Assembly (NCBI GenBank): GCA_951406725.2
Contig: OX597828.1
Location: forward strand, 47,926,001-47,990,000
Length of the DNA stretch: 64,000 nucleotides
Direction of reading: 5' to 3'
DNA from: Octopus vulgaris
Taxonomy: Eukaryota
The notes below the pieces were generated by a model. It saw nothing but the letters and a program-made list of their open reading frames with translations, did not search any database and was not told where the DNA came from. Positions 13,618 through 27,467 of this stretch are shown piece after piece. A program made the translations under genes and the position numbers. Position 1 is the first letter of the stretch. Every line of letters begins with the position of its first letter.

Positions 13618-14179
13618 ACATTGATATTATCAACTGTCCAGAGCAGAACCAGAGTAAGTTACTTATAGTAGAGGCCACCCAATCTGCGGATAACACAGCC
13701 ATAATAAGGAGCCTACATCAGAGGCAACCCGAGGTGTTTATACGAAGTAACCCAAAGTATTCGTATGAGAGGTAAACCAAGGTATCTGCATGAGAGGCAT
13801 CCCAATACCTCATCACTGCTACTTTAGCTCTGCCTCAGTTACTCCCACCCAGTGTGAGTAGCCATGTAATTCCTCTGTAGCAGGAAACCTGTTCATACTT
13901 TTAACTTCTCATATCCTAGCTTAAAACCACATCCCTCTCTACTGTCAGAAGAAATCTTAAGTCATGCAAACTTCATGGCAACCTCACTGGTGCTGGTGCC
14001 ACAAAAGAAAGAGTGACTTCACACTGCAAAAACAGCTGTCGAAACATTTGTCATAACAGATATTGGAGCAAGATGCAGTCCTTAGGCTCTTTAAATCTGT
14101 CAAATCATCCAACCCATGCCAGCATAGAAGATGGACGTTAAAACATGATGATGTTAATAACAATGATGCACAGATATGA

Positions 14180-14855
14180 AATAGATAGACACACAAATAG
14201 ATTGATAGCTAGGTAGACAGACAGACAGATTGATAGATAGGTAGGTAGACAGACAGACAGACAGACAGATTGATAGATAAGTAGACAGATAGACAGACAG
14301 ATTGATAGATAGGTAGGTAGACAGACAGACAGACTGATAGATAGGTAGACAGACAGACAGATTGATAGATAGGTAGACAGACAGACAGATTGATAGATAG
14401 GTAGGTAGACAGACTGATAGATAGGTAGACAGACAGACAGATTGATAGATAGGTAGACAGACAGACAGATTGATAGATAGGTAGACAGACAGACAGATTG
14501 ATAGATAGGTAGACAGACAGACAGATTGATAGATAGGTAGACAGACATAGATTGATAGATAGGTAGACAGACATAGATTGATAGATAGGTAGGTAGACAG
14601 ACAGACAGATTGATAGATAGGTAGGTAGACAGACAGACAGATTGATAGATAGGTAGGTAGACAGATAGACAGACAGGCACACAAATAGATCGATAGATAG
14701 GTAGGTATATAGACAAAGAGGTAGAGAGAGAGGTAGATTGACACACAAATAGATAAACAGATAGGTAGATAGACAGACAGATACAGAGAGAAGTAGAGTG
14801 ACACACAGACAGGTTGAGAGACAGATAGACAAACAGAGAAATAGATAGAGAGAGA
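14180..14855. repeat. Compound GATA/GACA/GGTA tetranucleotide repeat with higher-order period
   Basis: Recurring gattgatagataggtagacagacagaca blocks. Confidence 0.95.
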
Positions 14856-14868
14856 AAGAATTATTTAC

Positions 14869-14914
14869 CTTCAGTGACTGTAAATCTGCCCTTTCTGATG
14901 GATTTTTCTTCAAG
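14869..14914 (-). CDS. MAP2K1: MEK exon 10 (46 nt): (C)LKKNPSERADLQSLK
   Basis: cttttaaag|C TTG ... AAG|gtaaat; matches CLIKNPAERADLKQL. Confidence 0.95.
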
Positions 14915-15523
14915 CTTTAAAAGTGAAAAAAAAAAAAAAATTAAAAAAACAAAACTTCATTAAAAAAAAAGAATAAAAAAACTAAGTAACACTAATTAAT
15001 AAATTCATAATTATAAAATCATTTTGTCACTAGTGATCTGGGATTGAACCCAGTTCATAGCTGTGCATTTCAATAAAATCACCTCCCACTGTCCTCACCC
15101 TTCCACTATACAATCCTATTTCCTCTCTACTCATTTGATCTTATTTCGCACTGATTAACTTTAAACATATTGTTTTCAAATTTTGACACAAAGCCAGCAA
15201 TTTCGGCAATTACATTGACACCAGTGCTCAGCTGGTACTTATTTTATCAACCCCAAAAGGATGATAGGCAAAGTCAACCTTGGAGAAATCTGAACTCAAA
15301 ATGTAAAGACAGACAAAATGTAATGAAACATTGACATGTACTAACAAACTGTTACGTGTGCCTGTACCGATTCCAGATACTGGACTGAGTGTGGCCATGC
15401 TAGAGCAATGCATGCAGTAAGAGGGGGGGTAACAGATACAAAACACAACCAAGTCTTGTAGTTTAATTATTAGAAAATGTGGTCCTGGATAAGGGTTACC
15501 AACCCACCTCGGAAGTAAAAATG

Positions 15524-15951
15524 GGATCTTTTCGGTTTGAACGGCAGTTTTTAAACATAATTTCTAGGTAACTAAAAAATTTTAAACTTCATATACTGGT
15601 AGAATGTGTTTATAAAACATCTTTTTCTCATGGCTTTATTGAGAAAATTCTATAGTTTGTAAGATATTTGGTCTTTAATTTCTTGCATTTCGGCAATTTC
15701 AACCAATCAATGACCGTCTATTGAGGTGAAAACATTCTGTGCCGTATGAATATGTCCCTCGTTTAAGAAACAGATTGGGTTTATTTACATTTGTGAAGAA
15801 AAAAAGATACCCTTCCGCCCACCCCTTACCCTAACTAACCCTAACTCTAAAATAGATTGAAATGCAACAGATTGATACTAGGGTCATAATTATGGGTGAC
15901 AATTTCAGCTGACACCGCTAGAAAAAACTGCCGTTCAAACCGAAAAGATCC
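15524..15951. mobile_element. Non-autonomous DNA transposon with 28-bp TIRs and 8-bp TSD (Merlin- or hAT-like)
   Basis: TIR ggatcttttcggtttgaacggcagtttt, perfect at both ends; TSD taaaaatg on both sides. Confidence 0.9.
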
Positions 15952-17262
15952 TAAAAATGTCTTGTTTTCAAAAGTTCTAAATTAAAATCTTAGTCACAAT
16001 TAGTGGTTCCTAACACTAGCTTAATAATAACGAAGTATGATGAGCTTCTTTCAGTTTCCATCCACCAAATCCACTCACAAGGCTTTGGTTGGCCCAAGGC
16101 TACAGTAGAAGGTACTTGCCTGAGATGCTATGCAGTGGGACTGAACCCGGAACAATGCCTGTACCATGTTAACAGTTTTACTAATTTACCCCCTTAATGT
16201 GTGTGCACGCGATTGTTTTTTTTATATATTGTATTTTCACTCTACAAAACATAAACTACAATTGTTGTAGTTGTAAAAAGCGCTATCCAAATCGTGGCCG
16301 ATGCCAGCGTCGCCTCGACTGGCTTCCATGCCGGTCGCACGTAAAAAGCACCATCCGAATCGTGGCCGATGCCAGTGCCGCCTCGACTGGCTTCCGTGCC
16401 GGTGGCACGTAAAATGCACCAATCCGACCGTGGCCATTGCCAGCCTCGTCTGGCACCTGTGCAGGTGGCACGTAAAAAGCACCCACTACACTCACAGAGT
16501 GGCTGGCGTTAGGAAGGGCATCCAGCTGTAGAAACTCTGCCAGATCAGACTGGAGCCTGGTGCAGCCTTCTGGTTTCCCAAGATCCCCGGTCGAACCGTC
16601 CAACCCATGCTAGCATGGAAAGCGGACGTTAAACGATGATGATGATGATGATGATGTATATTCATCTTTGATTTAGAGAATTCTGAAGTTATGACAGTTC
16701 ATCATCATCATCATGGCTATCATTTAACCCATCAGCATTCAGATTACTCTGTCAAATGTAATGCTTATATATTCAAATTGTTTTTAATGAACCATGCATC
16801 ATCTTGTAGCTTTGAAATTTCAATGGCGTGTTTGTTTAGTTTCAGAATGACATTGTCGGGTAGGTGCAAGAGGCTGAATCTTGCTGGTCTGAACATAAAA
16901 CAGCTGGAATATTTGAGCTGGATATGGCTGGGTTAACCCTCTGGTATTCAGATTACTCTCTCAAAAGTAATGCTTATTTAATAGCATTGTTTTCATTTAA
17001 TCTGCATTATCTCATAGCTTTGGGATTTCAGATGTGGGGCTCGTTTCCTCTTTTACTCATTTCAGTCATTTGACTGAGGCCATGCTGGAGCACTGCCTTT
17101 AGTCGAGCAAACTGACCCCAGGACTTATTCTTTGTAAGCCTAGTACTTATTCTATTGGTATTTTTTGCCAAACCACTAAGTTACGGGGACATAAACACAC
17201 CAGCATCGGTTGTCAAGCAATGATGGGGGGGGGGGCAAACACAGACACACAAACACATACAT

Positions 17263-17299
<37 letters not shown>

Positions 17300-17974
17300 C
17301 GATGGGCTTCTTTCAGTTTCCATCTACTAAATCCACTTACAAGGCTTTGGTCAGCCTGAGGCTATAGAAGAAGACACTTGCCCAAGGTGCCACACAGTGG
17401 GACTGAACCCGGAACCATGTGGTTTGTAAGCAAGCTACTTACCACACAGTCACTCCTTCGACCTTTCTAACACCAACCACTCTATATATAGAAGTGTACT
17501 GTGTGCTTTTTATGTGATTATCTATTTTTAGAATGACATTGCAGAGTAGGTATGAGAGGTCAAATCTGGCTGGTTTGAACATAAAACAGGTAGAATATTT
17601 GGGCCAGATATGGGTAGTTTAAATACTAAAGGGTTAATGTCCATTTTTCACGCTGTTGTGGGTTGAACAGTCTGATAGGAGTTGGTGAACCAGAGGACTG
17701 CACCAAACTCCAATGTCTGCTTTGGAATGGTTTCTACAACTAGATGCCCTTTCTAGCACCAACCACTTTATATATAGAAAGTGTACTGAGTGCTAGTGAG
17801 GTCACTAATTACCTCACAAGACAAGCTCCCACCACCACCACTGAGGGAGGTACAGTACTGAAGGAGGTGGCTTTATGCTACATGATGAGGGGTGAGGGGC
17901 GCAAGAAAAATGCCTTGCAGTACAAGAGCCATATAGCTACCCCACTTGGTAAAAAGAAAAAAAAATGGTGAAGA

Positions 17975-18395
17975 TCATCATCATCATCATCATCATTTAA
18001 CGTCCGCTTTCCATGCTAGCACGGGTTGGACGGTTCGACCGGGGTCTGGGAAGCCAGGGGCTGCACCAGGCTCCGGTCTGATCTGGCAGTGTTTCTACAG
18101 CTGGATGCCCTTCCTAACGCCAACCACTCCGCGAGTGTAGTGGGTGCTTTTTACGTGCCACCGACACAGGTGCCAGGGGAGTCTGGCATCAGCCACGATC
18201 GGTTGGTGCTTTTAACGTGCCACCGGCATGGAAGCCAGCCAAGGCGGCGCTGGCATCGGCCACGTTCGGATGGTGATTTTTATGTGCCACCGGCACAGAA
18301 GCCAGTCGAGGCAGCGCTGGCATCGGCCACGTTCGGATGGTGCTTTTTATGTGCCACCGGCACAGGTATCACAACTACTATTTCCATTGATATTT
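17975..18395 (-). mobile_element. SINE-like family C with (ATG)n tail and internal tandem repeats (copies about 16277-16657, 22131-22445, 23538-23840, 38020-38230, 44305-44562, 53515-53822, 56770-57200, 57850-58133, 58735-59010)
   Basis: Shared aggaagggcatccagctgtagaaac...catggaaagcggacgttaaacgatgatg end; variable number of ggtgctttttacgtgccaccggcac units; source of the recurrent MDGSTGVWEAR pseudo-ORFs. Confidence 0.85.
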
Positions 18396-18399
18396 ATTT

Positions 18400-18610
18400 C
18401 AATACGCCCCTTGTTCCCTATAGAGCATGGACCATCAACTTTTCTCCAATATTCTCTACTCTGGGCTACCTTTTCTGCTTCCCTCCAGTTAGATCCCTGC
18501 TTTTTCAAGACCCCTCCCTCAGTATCCCACTTCCAGATATTTTTAGGGAAACCCCTCTTCCACCTCACTTGTGGTTTTCAGATAAGGGCCTAACATATAA
18601 TGCAGGATGT
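18400..18610 (-). mobile_element. Decayed RTE-type LINE 3' fragment
   Basis: RGFPKNIW...NWREAEKVAQSREYWR...GPCS pattern. Confidence 0.6.
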
Positions 18611-19288
18611 TTTGTTTCCTTTCAGATATTGCTATGCTGCACTATAAGTTTCCCTAAGAGGAGGGCTATATATCCCAGCTCTAGTTAGTTTTGAATTGTC
18701 ATCAAAACTTTTGTATCTTAGCCCCTTTTTTTCCCCCTCTAGGTAGCAGTCTTGGCCCAGTGGAAACTGAATTTACTTTTAGAAAGAAGTGGTCCATATT
18801 TGACCTGTCCAGCATGAAAGGCCTTTCCAGGAGCTTGTGTTCTGCTGGCATAGCTCTCAGGGTCATTGATGCATATAAGCCACCACATCACAACAAGGAC
18901 TGGACCTTGTGATGGATGAATGGAGACACATACATATGTGGATGATGATGATGATGATGTAACAATTTTTGCTATCTGATGCCCAACACAGAAAGACAGC
19001 AAATTGGTGAAATACATCATACAGAACCGTTGAGGTTCATGGCTTAGAGGTTAGGGTGTTGGACTCATGATCATTAGATTACGCTTTCCATTCCTGGACT
19101 GGGTGATGTGTTGTGTTCTTGAGCACAACACTTCATTCCTTGCTGCTCCAGTCCACTCAGCTGGTAAAAATGAGTATTCCTGTGACAGACTGGCATCCCA
19201 TTCAGGAAGGAATATATACACTAGAGAGAGCAGGAAAATGGCCCCATGGTCCATGCAGAGTAATGTGGGCTGACCATCATTCTTTTCT

Positions 19289-19541
19289 TTGATGAAAGGT
19301 AGGAGAGTCCAGTTTGCTGGACATTGTTGTAGAGCTGAAAACGAGGCAGTTTCTACTCTTCTCCTCTGGAAGCCATCTACTCGCAATACCAGAAGGCGCA
19401 CACTCTCCTACCCTGATGTAATCTCCAGGGATACAGGCATCCAGCAACAGGACCTCCGTAATGCCATGATGGACCATGAAGTCTGGCATAGCATGGTAAA
19501 TTCCATTGTCTCGACCACGGTCGAACAATGATGATGATGAT
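19289..19541 (+). mobile_element. LINE 3' fragment (RTE-related) with (TGA)n tail
   Basis: RRVQFAGHCCRA...LLLWKP...AMMDHEVW, a post-RT C-terminal pattern. Confidence 0.75.
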
Positions 19542-21404
19542 GGTTCTTTTCTTTTATTCTTTTACTTGTTTCAGTCATTTGACTGCGGCCATGCTGGAGC
19601 ACCGTCTTCAGTCAAACAAATCGACCCCAGGTCTTATTCTTTGTAAGCCTGGTACTTATTCTACCAGTATCTTTTGCTAAACTGCTAATGTTACAGGGAC
19701 GTAAACACACCAGCATCAGTTGTCAAGCAATGGTGAGGGGACAAACACAGACATATACATGACAGGCTTCTTTCAGTTTCCACCTACCAAATCTAATCAC
19801 AAGGCTTTGGTCGGCCTGAGGCTATAGCAGAAGACACTTGCCCAAGGTGCCACACTGTGGGACTGAACCCAGAACCATGTGGTTGGGAAGCAAGCTTCTT
19901 ACCACACAGCTATGCATGCACCTATAGAACATCTTGCGGTATTTGTTTCAACAGTCTGCACTCTTGAGTTCAAATTCTATTGAGGTCAACTCAGCCTCTT
20001 CATCCTTTCAAAGTCAATGATTAAAACATCAGTTGAGGATTGAAGATATTCCAGCCATGACCATTCCTTCATTTTAATAATCTCCAAAATAACCCTAATT
20101 TGGGATTTTCTAAGAGTACATTTTTAAGATGATATGATGTGATCTGAAAGAGAATGTAGCTTGTTATTTCTAGCAAGTCAAGTAGAGGTGTAGAAGATCC
20201 ATTGTTGGTTCCTAAAACTAAATTTAAACTCGGTGTAGAATAGCATACCTGTTGAGAAAATGACTATCACCTGCTATCAAGGGCAAGGATTAAATTGAAA
20301 TTTATGTGTTCACTGGGGCATGATAACATGCAACTTTGAACTGTTAGATCAAATAGCAAAAATGAAGACTTAACCATTTAGTGTTCAAACCGGCCATATC
20401 CGGCCCAAATATTCTATATGTTTTATATTCAAACTGACGATATCTCTAGCCTTTCACACCTAACCTACATTGACATTCTAAAAATAAACAATCACATCAT
20501 TGAAACCCCAAAGCTATACGATAATGCTTGATTAATTCAAAACAAGTTCAGTAAAAAAATATTACATTTAACAGAGTAATCTGAACACGAAAGGGTTAAT
20601 GTTGTTGTTGTTGTTGTGAATGCATAGGATCCATCCATCATAGAGTGTTAAATTTATAATTTTCTCTTTTAAAAGAGTTAAGAGGCAGGGCAGTTTCCCA
20701 GGAAGGGCAATGCTCAAGACTTTTCCCAGGGCCTCGTAGAGTGGTCAGATTGATTGCAGGATATGTGCAGGGTTATCTTTTACCTTTTTACTTGTTTCAG
20801 CCATTAGACTGTGGCCATGCTGGGGCCCCACCTTGGAGATTTTTTAGTCAAATGAATCGACCCCAGTACTTTTTTTATTCTTAAGTCTGGTATACATTCT
20901 ATCAGTTACTTTAGCCGAACCACTAAGTTATGGGGGATATAAACACACCAAAACGGGTTGCCAAGTGGTTGTAGGGGACAAACATGGACACAAACAGATG
21001 CACACATGACAGGCTTCTTTCAGTTTCCATCTATCAAATCCACTCACAAAGCTTTAGTCAGCCTGAGGCTATAGTAGGAGACACTTGTCCAGGGTGCCAC
21101 GCAGTGAGACTGAACCTGGAACCATATGGTTGAGAAGCAAACTTCTTACCACACAGCGATGCCTGCATCTATTATCTTCAGATCAGGGCCCATGCCCTAC
21201 TGCTTACAACAGAGTGGACCCTGCTGTAGGTATCCATAGGTTGAGTGGTGGTGGCAGTTGGGGTAAAGCAAGTGATAGATTATTAAGTCCAGCCCAAACA
21301 GAGATGATGCTTTTGTTTGACACAGTTGTAATGAGTTCTTGTAAGGAGAATGGCAATAGAAGAAGATGATGATGATGATCACAACAATGATGACAGTGAC
21401 TTAC

Positions 21405-21466
21405 CATCTATCCACAAAATCTATGAATTCTGGAGAAAATTTTCCTTTTGGTAACGAAGGTGGTGG
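21405..21466 (-). CDS. MAP2K1: MEK exon 9 (62 nt): PPPSLPKGKFSPEFIDFVDR(C)
   Basis: ttttttag|CCA ... AGATG|gtaagt; phase 0 to 2. Confidence 0.96.
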
Positions 21467-22945
21467 CTAAAAAAATGGAAAACAATTCATTGAAAATATT
21501 TAATTAATATTAACAGCAACAAGATACACACTTTAACACTTGGTTAAACACATACACAAAACCTACTCATATACATGTCATAGGCAACTCATACACATGT
21601 TGCACACATACACACATAACTAGTATATACAGTACACATACATACACATGCCACACATTGAAACTATACACACCCTATATACACACATCTCAAATACATT
21701 CACACCTGAAAATTTACAAAACCATTTTTCCTGGTGTCAGCATTTTCTCGATAAGATCAAAGTAGTTGCAGGACCAGCTTAGTATTTAATCATAAATACA
21801 ACACCAAACATATTCTCATTAGTTAACTACTAATTATTAGAGGGCACACACAAATGCTTACTGACTACTAATCATAATTACATGACACGATAATTAAAAT
21901 ATCACACACACACATTAACAGCAAATCCTTAATATATCAAACTCACTGACTGCTAATCAGACTGAGCAAATCTATGATCTAAGGGGTTTCAACCAGGACA
22001 TGACCATTGTGTATGGCTCAGTGGATAGAGTGTCAGGCTCACAATCATGAGGTACTGAGTTTGATTCCCAGACCAGGCTGCATGTTGTGTTCTTGAGCAA
22101 GACACTTTATTTCATGTTGCTCCAGTTCACTCATCATCATCGTTTAGTGTCCGCTTTCCATGCTGGCATGGGTTGGACGGTTCAACTGGGGTCTGGGAAG
22201 CCAGAAGGCTGCACCAGGCCCAGTTTGATCTGGTAATGTTTCTACGGCTGGATGCCCTTCCTAACGCCAACCACTCCATGAGTGTAGTGGGTGCTTTTTA
22301 CGTGCCACCGGCACAGGTGCCAGACGAGTCTGGCAACGGCCACGAACGGATGGTGCTTTTTACGTGCCACCGGCACGGGGGCCAGGCGAGGCTGGCAATG
22401 GCCATGAACGGATGGTGCTTTTTACGTGCCACCGGCACGAGGCCAGTCGTAACTCAGCTGTAGAAATGAGTTACGACATCACTGGTGCCAAACTGTATTG
22501 GCCCCTTTGCCTTGGATAACATCAGTGTTGTGGTGAAGAGAGGCTGATATGCATGGGCAACTGCTGGTCTTCCATAAACAACCTTGTCTGGACTTGTGCT
22601 TCCGAGGGGAATTTCTGGGTGCAATCCCATGGTCATTCATGACCGAAGGGGGTCTTTACTCTTTATGTTTAGAACTACATGTGGTTCCCTCTAGTGATGG
22701 ATGTTAATACAAAGAAGATAACCAGCCCCTCACAACATGAAGTAGGATTAGAATTTTCAACTTGAAATTAAGGAGTTATGAAGAAGATGCATAGATACAT
22801 TTATGTATTTATTTAGTTTGTTTACACCCTACAATTTCTAGTAGATGTTAATCGTGTTTAGCACCGTTTTAGTCTTTAATCTAACACATACATATTTGAG
22901 GTTGATTTGGCTGCTACTTCTTGTAGGTTGAGCCACTGTATAGAG

Positions 22946-23146
22946 CAGTGGGTTCTCAACCATTTTGCTATTCAGGCCACATCCAAAACCCGGATTTTTT
23001 CAGGATGCCACACCAATAAAAAAAAAAGTAAAAGATTTCAATTAAAGAAAAATTTATTATATTTATAGAGGGAAGAATGTCAGGGGCTGTCAGAAAGAAG
23101 CTCGAGGGCCACATGTGACCCTGGAAGCCACATCTGAGAACTGCTG
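22946..23146. mobile_element. hAT (Charlie-like) MITE
   Basis: cagtgggttctcaa ... tgagaactgctg termini; TSD gtatagag/gtatagaa. Confidence 0.7.
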
Positions 23147-23944
23147 GTATAGAAGCTCCTTTGTTAAAGTGAACTGTTGATGTATCATCATTAGAATAAT
23201 AAATAACAAAGGGCTTAGCACCAGACATGTCTTCCCTTCAAACCAACACAACTGAACCTCCTAGAAATATCGACCTAACTGCATTCCAATTATGCCCTAC
23301 CATTCTTAAATAACATACAATACACTGGACAATCTAATCCTGCTGGGATGCCGTTGGTCATAAAGCTACTCAGTCAAGGATGACCTGGGGCTAAACAGAA
23401 ACATCAACAACAATGCCAACCTTATTTTTTGATTTGTTGTTCAAAGTGGCCTGGAGAAGCGAGAATACTTTCAGACTAACTGAACTAAGGAGATCATTGC
23501 AATTCATCAAACCACACTCCCAACAGTTTTAGCTACACATCATCATCATCGTTTAACGTCCGTTCTCCATGCTAGCATGGGTTGGACGGTTCGACCGGGG
23601 TCTGGGAAGCCAGGGGCTGCACCAGGCTCCAGTCTGATCTGGCAGAGTTTCTACGGCTGGATGCCCTTCCTAACGCCAACCACTCCGCGAGTGTAGTGGG
23701 TGCTTTTTACGTGCCACCTGCACAGGTGCCAGGGGGGTCTGGCATCGGCCACGATCGGTTGGAGCTTTTAACGTGCCACCGGCACGGAAGCCAGCCAAGG
23801 CGGCGCTGGCAACGGCCACATTCAGATGGTGCTTTTTTACTACTACTGGTGGTGGTGGTTTCATAGCATCACAGTATCACTAGCAGACAATTGCTTCTGG
23901 GGAACAAACTACATATACACACACACACACAGATATATATATAC

Positions 23945-24797
23945 ACGAGGAGGTACCCAAAATTAACCAGAAACATTTTCTGTAGGACAAGCTCATGTGT
24001 GGCTTCCACTGCTAGAAGCCACTTGACGTGATTCTCAGGCATAAGTCTGATGACTGGCACTATTGATTGACCAAAGTCCTACAACCATGTGGTGCATCTT
24101 CGTTTTTGAAGTGCTTCTTCCCTGTTCGTTGATTTTTGTGATGGATACAATGAAGGAACAGCGGGCTTCCATGAAATTCTGCTTTCTGCTGGGGAAAACA
24201 GTGGCCAAAACAGTTGTCATACTTCAAACAGCTTACAAGGACGATGCCATGAGCGAAACACTATGAGTGGTTTACATGCTTTAGGAATGGTCGCTTGAGG
24301 ACCAACCTTTTTCAGAGCGACTATTGACCTCCCGAACGAAAACATCATGGAAATTCATGAACTGATGTTGGAGGACTGTCGCTGAAGAATCAACGAACTT
24401 GTTGATGTGACCAGTGTCCTGAAACTCCTATTTTGAATGAGGAATTGTGAATGAAAAGAGTTGCAGCAAAATTTGTGCCTCGCTTGTTCACGGAAGATCA
24501 AAAGCAGTCACGATTAAATGCGTGTCGTGAACTGAAAGAACAGTTGGAATTTGATCCAAACCTTTTATTTGAAGGTCATCACTGGTGACAAAAGCTGATG
24601 CTTTGGAATTTGCAGATGTGGAAGAGGTGAAGACAAAAAAATGAGCTCCAGTAGCAGTGCTCCTAACAATGGAAAATGCATCTGGAATGATGCAGTGCTT
24701 CAAATGGAGAATACTTCAAAGGCAAAAGTGTAAACACGTAAATGTAAGTGAATAAAATAATATTGCAAAATTCCGGTTTCATTTGGGTGTGTCCTGA
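23945..24797 (+). mobile_element. Internally deleted mariner element
   Basis: MKEQRASMKFCFLLGKTVAKTVVILQTAYKDDAMS (mariner N-terminus), AAKFVPRL (WVPHEL-like) and ITGD remnants; imperfect TIRs. Confidence 0.85.
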
Positions 24798-24825
24798 AAC
24801 TCCTATTTTGAATGAGGAGTTGCAA

Positions 24826-24900
<75 letters not shown>

Positions 24901-24904
<4 letters not shown>

Positions 24905-25171
24905 TTAGAAAAAAACCATGTTTTATCAATTCAAAATGAATTAAATTACACCATCTAGAAAATTACATATAATAGAAAAGTTAAAATTAAAATTAAAATA
25001 AAAAGTAAAGATTAAGTAAATTACAAAAATAATAAAAATGTATATAATAGGTAATTTACTTAATCTTTACTTTTTATCTTAATTTTAACTTTTCTATTAT
25101 ATGTAGTTTTCTAGATGGTGTAATTTAATTATTCATTTTGAATTGATAAAACATGGGTTTTTTTCTAATAT
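24901..25171. repeat. Hairpin (about 120-bp arms) inside a (TA)n-flanked element (24828-25290)
   Basis: atattagaaaaaaaccatgttttatcaattc... versus ...gaattgataaaacatgggttttttctaatat. Confidence 0.93.
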
Positions 25172-26788
25172 TTTTCATATATTTATTATATTGTGTGGAA
25201 TTTGATTTAGTATTTCTAAATTGAATTCTTTTTCCTTGTAAGTTTGGATTTTATTCCCTCAAATAATAAATATTATATATATATATATAAAGACCCTCAC
25301 ACCCTTTGGTCATGAATGAACATGAGATAGCACCTAGAAAGTTACCCTCTGAGGCACAAGTCCGGGCAAGGTTGTTTATGGAAGACCAGCTGTCGCCCAT
25401 GCATGCCAGCCTCCCCTTTCCATTCCAGCATTGTTATCCAAGGGAAAAACAAAAGACAATACAGTTTGGTAGCAGGGACATCACAACTAATTTCTACAGC
25501 TGAATGAATATAATCGTTATTTTAACGTCTACTTTTTCCATGCTGCCATGGGTTGGATAGAATATGTTGAGGTAAACCCTCACCTGTTTACAAGTAAGGT
25601 AATAGTTTCCATAACCAGACATGTTTTCATGTGAATGACTAGAAATGAAAGACACCACTTCCCCAATGGATACTCACACATATGTGTGAATGTGAATGTA
25701 TCTTCCATAGGTTTCGATTATTAAGACTGCTGCCATGCTGGAGCACTGCCCTGAAGAACTTTTAGTTGAATGAATCAACCCCAGGACTCTTTGTTTTTAA
25801 AGCCTGGTACTTATTCTATCGAGCTCTTTTGCTGAACTGCTAAGTTACAAATATGTAAACAAACCAACACTGGTTGTCAAGCAGTGGCAGGGGACAAACA
25901 CAGACACAAACACACATATTCATAAATATATACGACAAGTTTCTTTCAGTTTCAGTCTACCATATCTATTTAGCAGGCTTTGGTCAGCCCAAGGCTATAG
26001 CAGAAGACACTTGCCCAAAGTGGGACTGAACCCAGAACCATGTGGTCAGGAAGCAAGCTTCTTACCACACAGCCATGCTCGCACCTAAATATATATGTCT
26101 TTCATACAGACTCCAGCTAGAAAATTCATTCACAAGTCATTAGTCATCATGCGACTACAATGGAAGACACTTCTGCAAGATGTCAGGCAGTGGGACTGAA
26201 CGCCAAACCATGTGGTTCTTAACAACACAGCCATGTATACCCCTACTATTTACATTTGTTTAAATTTCCATTAATTTTCTTTTTTCCTCCAGTCTGAAAC
26301 TTCAAATCAATAATAATATTTGACAAATTTTCAAAAACAAACGGAAAAAGGAAAAGTGAAATGACCTGAATTGGGAATTTGAACTCTGATCAAATTTTAT
26401 TTTCTCAATTTTGTCATGGCTTGATTAGGCCTGTTTCAGCACCATTCCTTGCTACAGGTTACGGCTCATTTTGTCATTTTGTCACCTGATACACACAACA
26501 GCAAGGACAAACAGCCAGTTTTTGTTGTGAATGCCATGCACGTATGTTTAAAGTAACCTCCAAGATGTTCCAATTGCATATGACAAACAATGTGCAAGTG
26601 GTTCTCTTGTGGACAATTCTATTGTAGATGCAGATGTGACTGCTGTTGAGAAGTTTGCTTCCAAACCAAACAATTTGGAGTTCAGTCCTAGTGTGTGGTA
26701 CCTTGGGCAAATATCTTTTACTATAGCCCTGGACCAACCAAAAACTTGAGTGAATTTTAAGGGAAACTGAAAGAAAGCTCTCACACAT

Positions 26789-26833
<45 letters not shown>

Positions 26834-27080
26834 TCATTCAAATGTGTAGTAGATTCAGTACTAGTGAAATAGACATTATCGACCACACTTACTTAATGTA
26901 TATGCTTAGTGTTTCACAGCACTGGGTGTTAAAACACCTGAAAGTCATAGACAGCAAACACCTGTCCATCATTGTCAGGTGTTTGAACACTAGGTGCCTT
27001 GAGGAAGTGATCTCCAGCATGCCAAATTGCAGCCTACAGGCAAACACACATAGCATATACACTAAGTGCATGTGTGATTG

Positions 27081-27125
<45 letters not shown>

Positions 27126-27351
27126 TGTCTGTCTGTTAGTCACTCATTGTCTTGCCATCACATGATAGTTGCAAATGAGCTTTATCATCATGCAGGTGGC
27201 ATCCATTTCCAATTTTTTGTGAAAGCATGTTTGGCATGTGTAAATATTACCTTATTTGGAAACAGGTGAGGCCTGATGAGAGGATGGGCATCCGAGTGTA
27301 GAAAATGTGCCTCAATAAGTTCTGTATTCGATGAACAGAAACTAAGCAGGT

Positions 27352-27467
27352 TTACTTGCCGCTAGGGTATTTGGTGACAGCCTTGGTACCCTCAGGAACA
27401 GGGCATGTTTGGCCAACTCACCAGGAAGGGGAAGACGGACAGCAGCCTGCACCTCACGGCTACTGAT
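27352..27467 (-). pseudogene. H2B: Histone H2B C-terminal fragment, frameshifted
   Basis: [22 protein letters not shown] [+2 nt] [13 protein letters not shown] versus canonical [37 protein letters not shown]; no 5' part present. Confidence 0.93.

Noticed and set aside
13668-13806. Degenerate 24-25 bp repeats (agaggcaacccgagg...) as an array system
   Set aside because: Only about five decayed tandem units; an ordinary minisatellite remnant.
14138-14913. Long ORFs of 216-234 aa
   Set aside because: Translations of a tetranucleotide repeat; only the first 15 codons of one are real (exon 10).
18026-18688. 220-aa ORF and similar MDGSTGVWEAR ORFs elsewhere
   Set aside because: Antisense reading of SINE-like family C, recurring in every copy.
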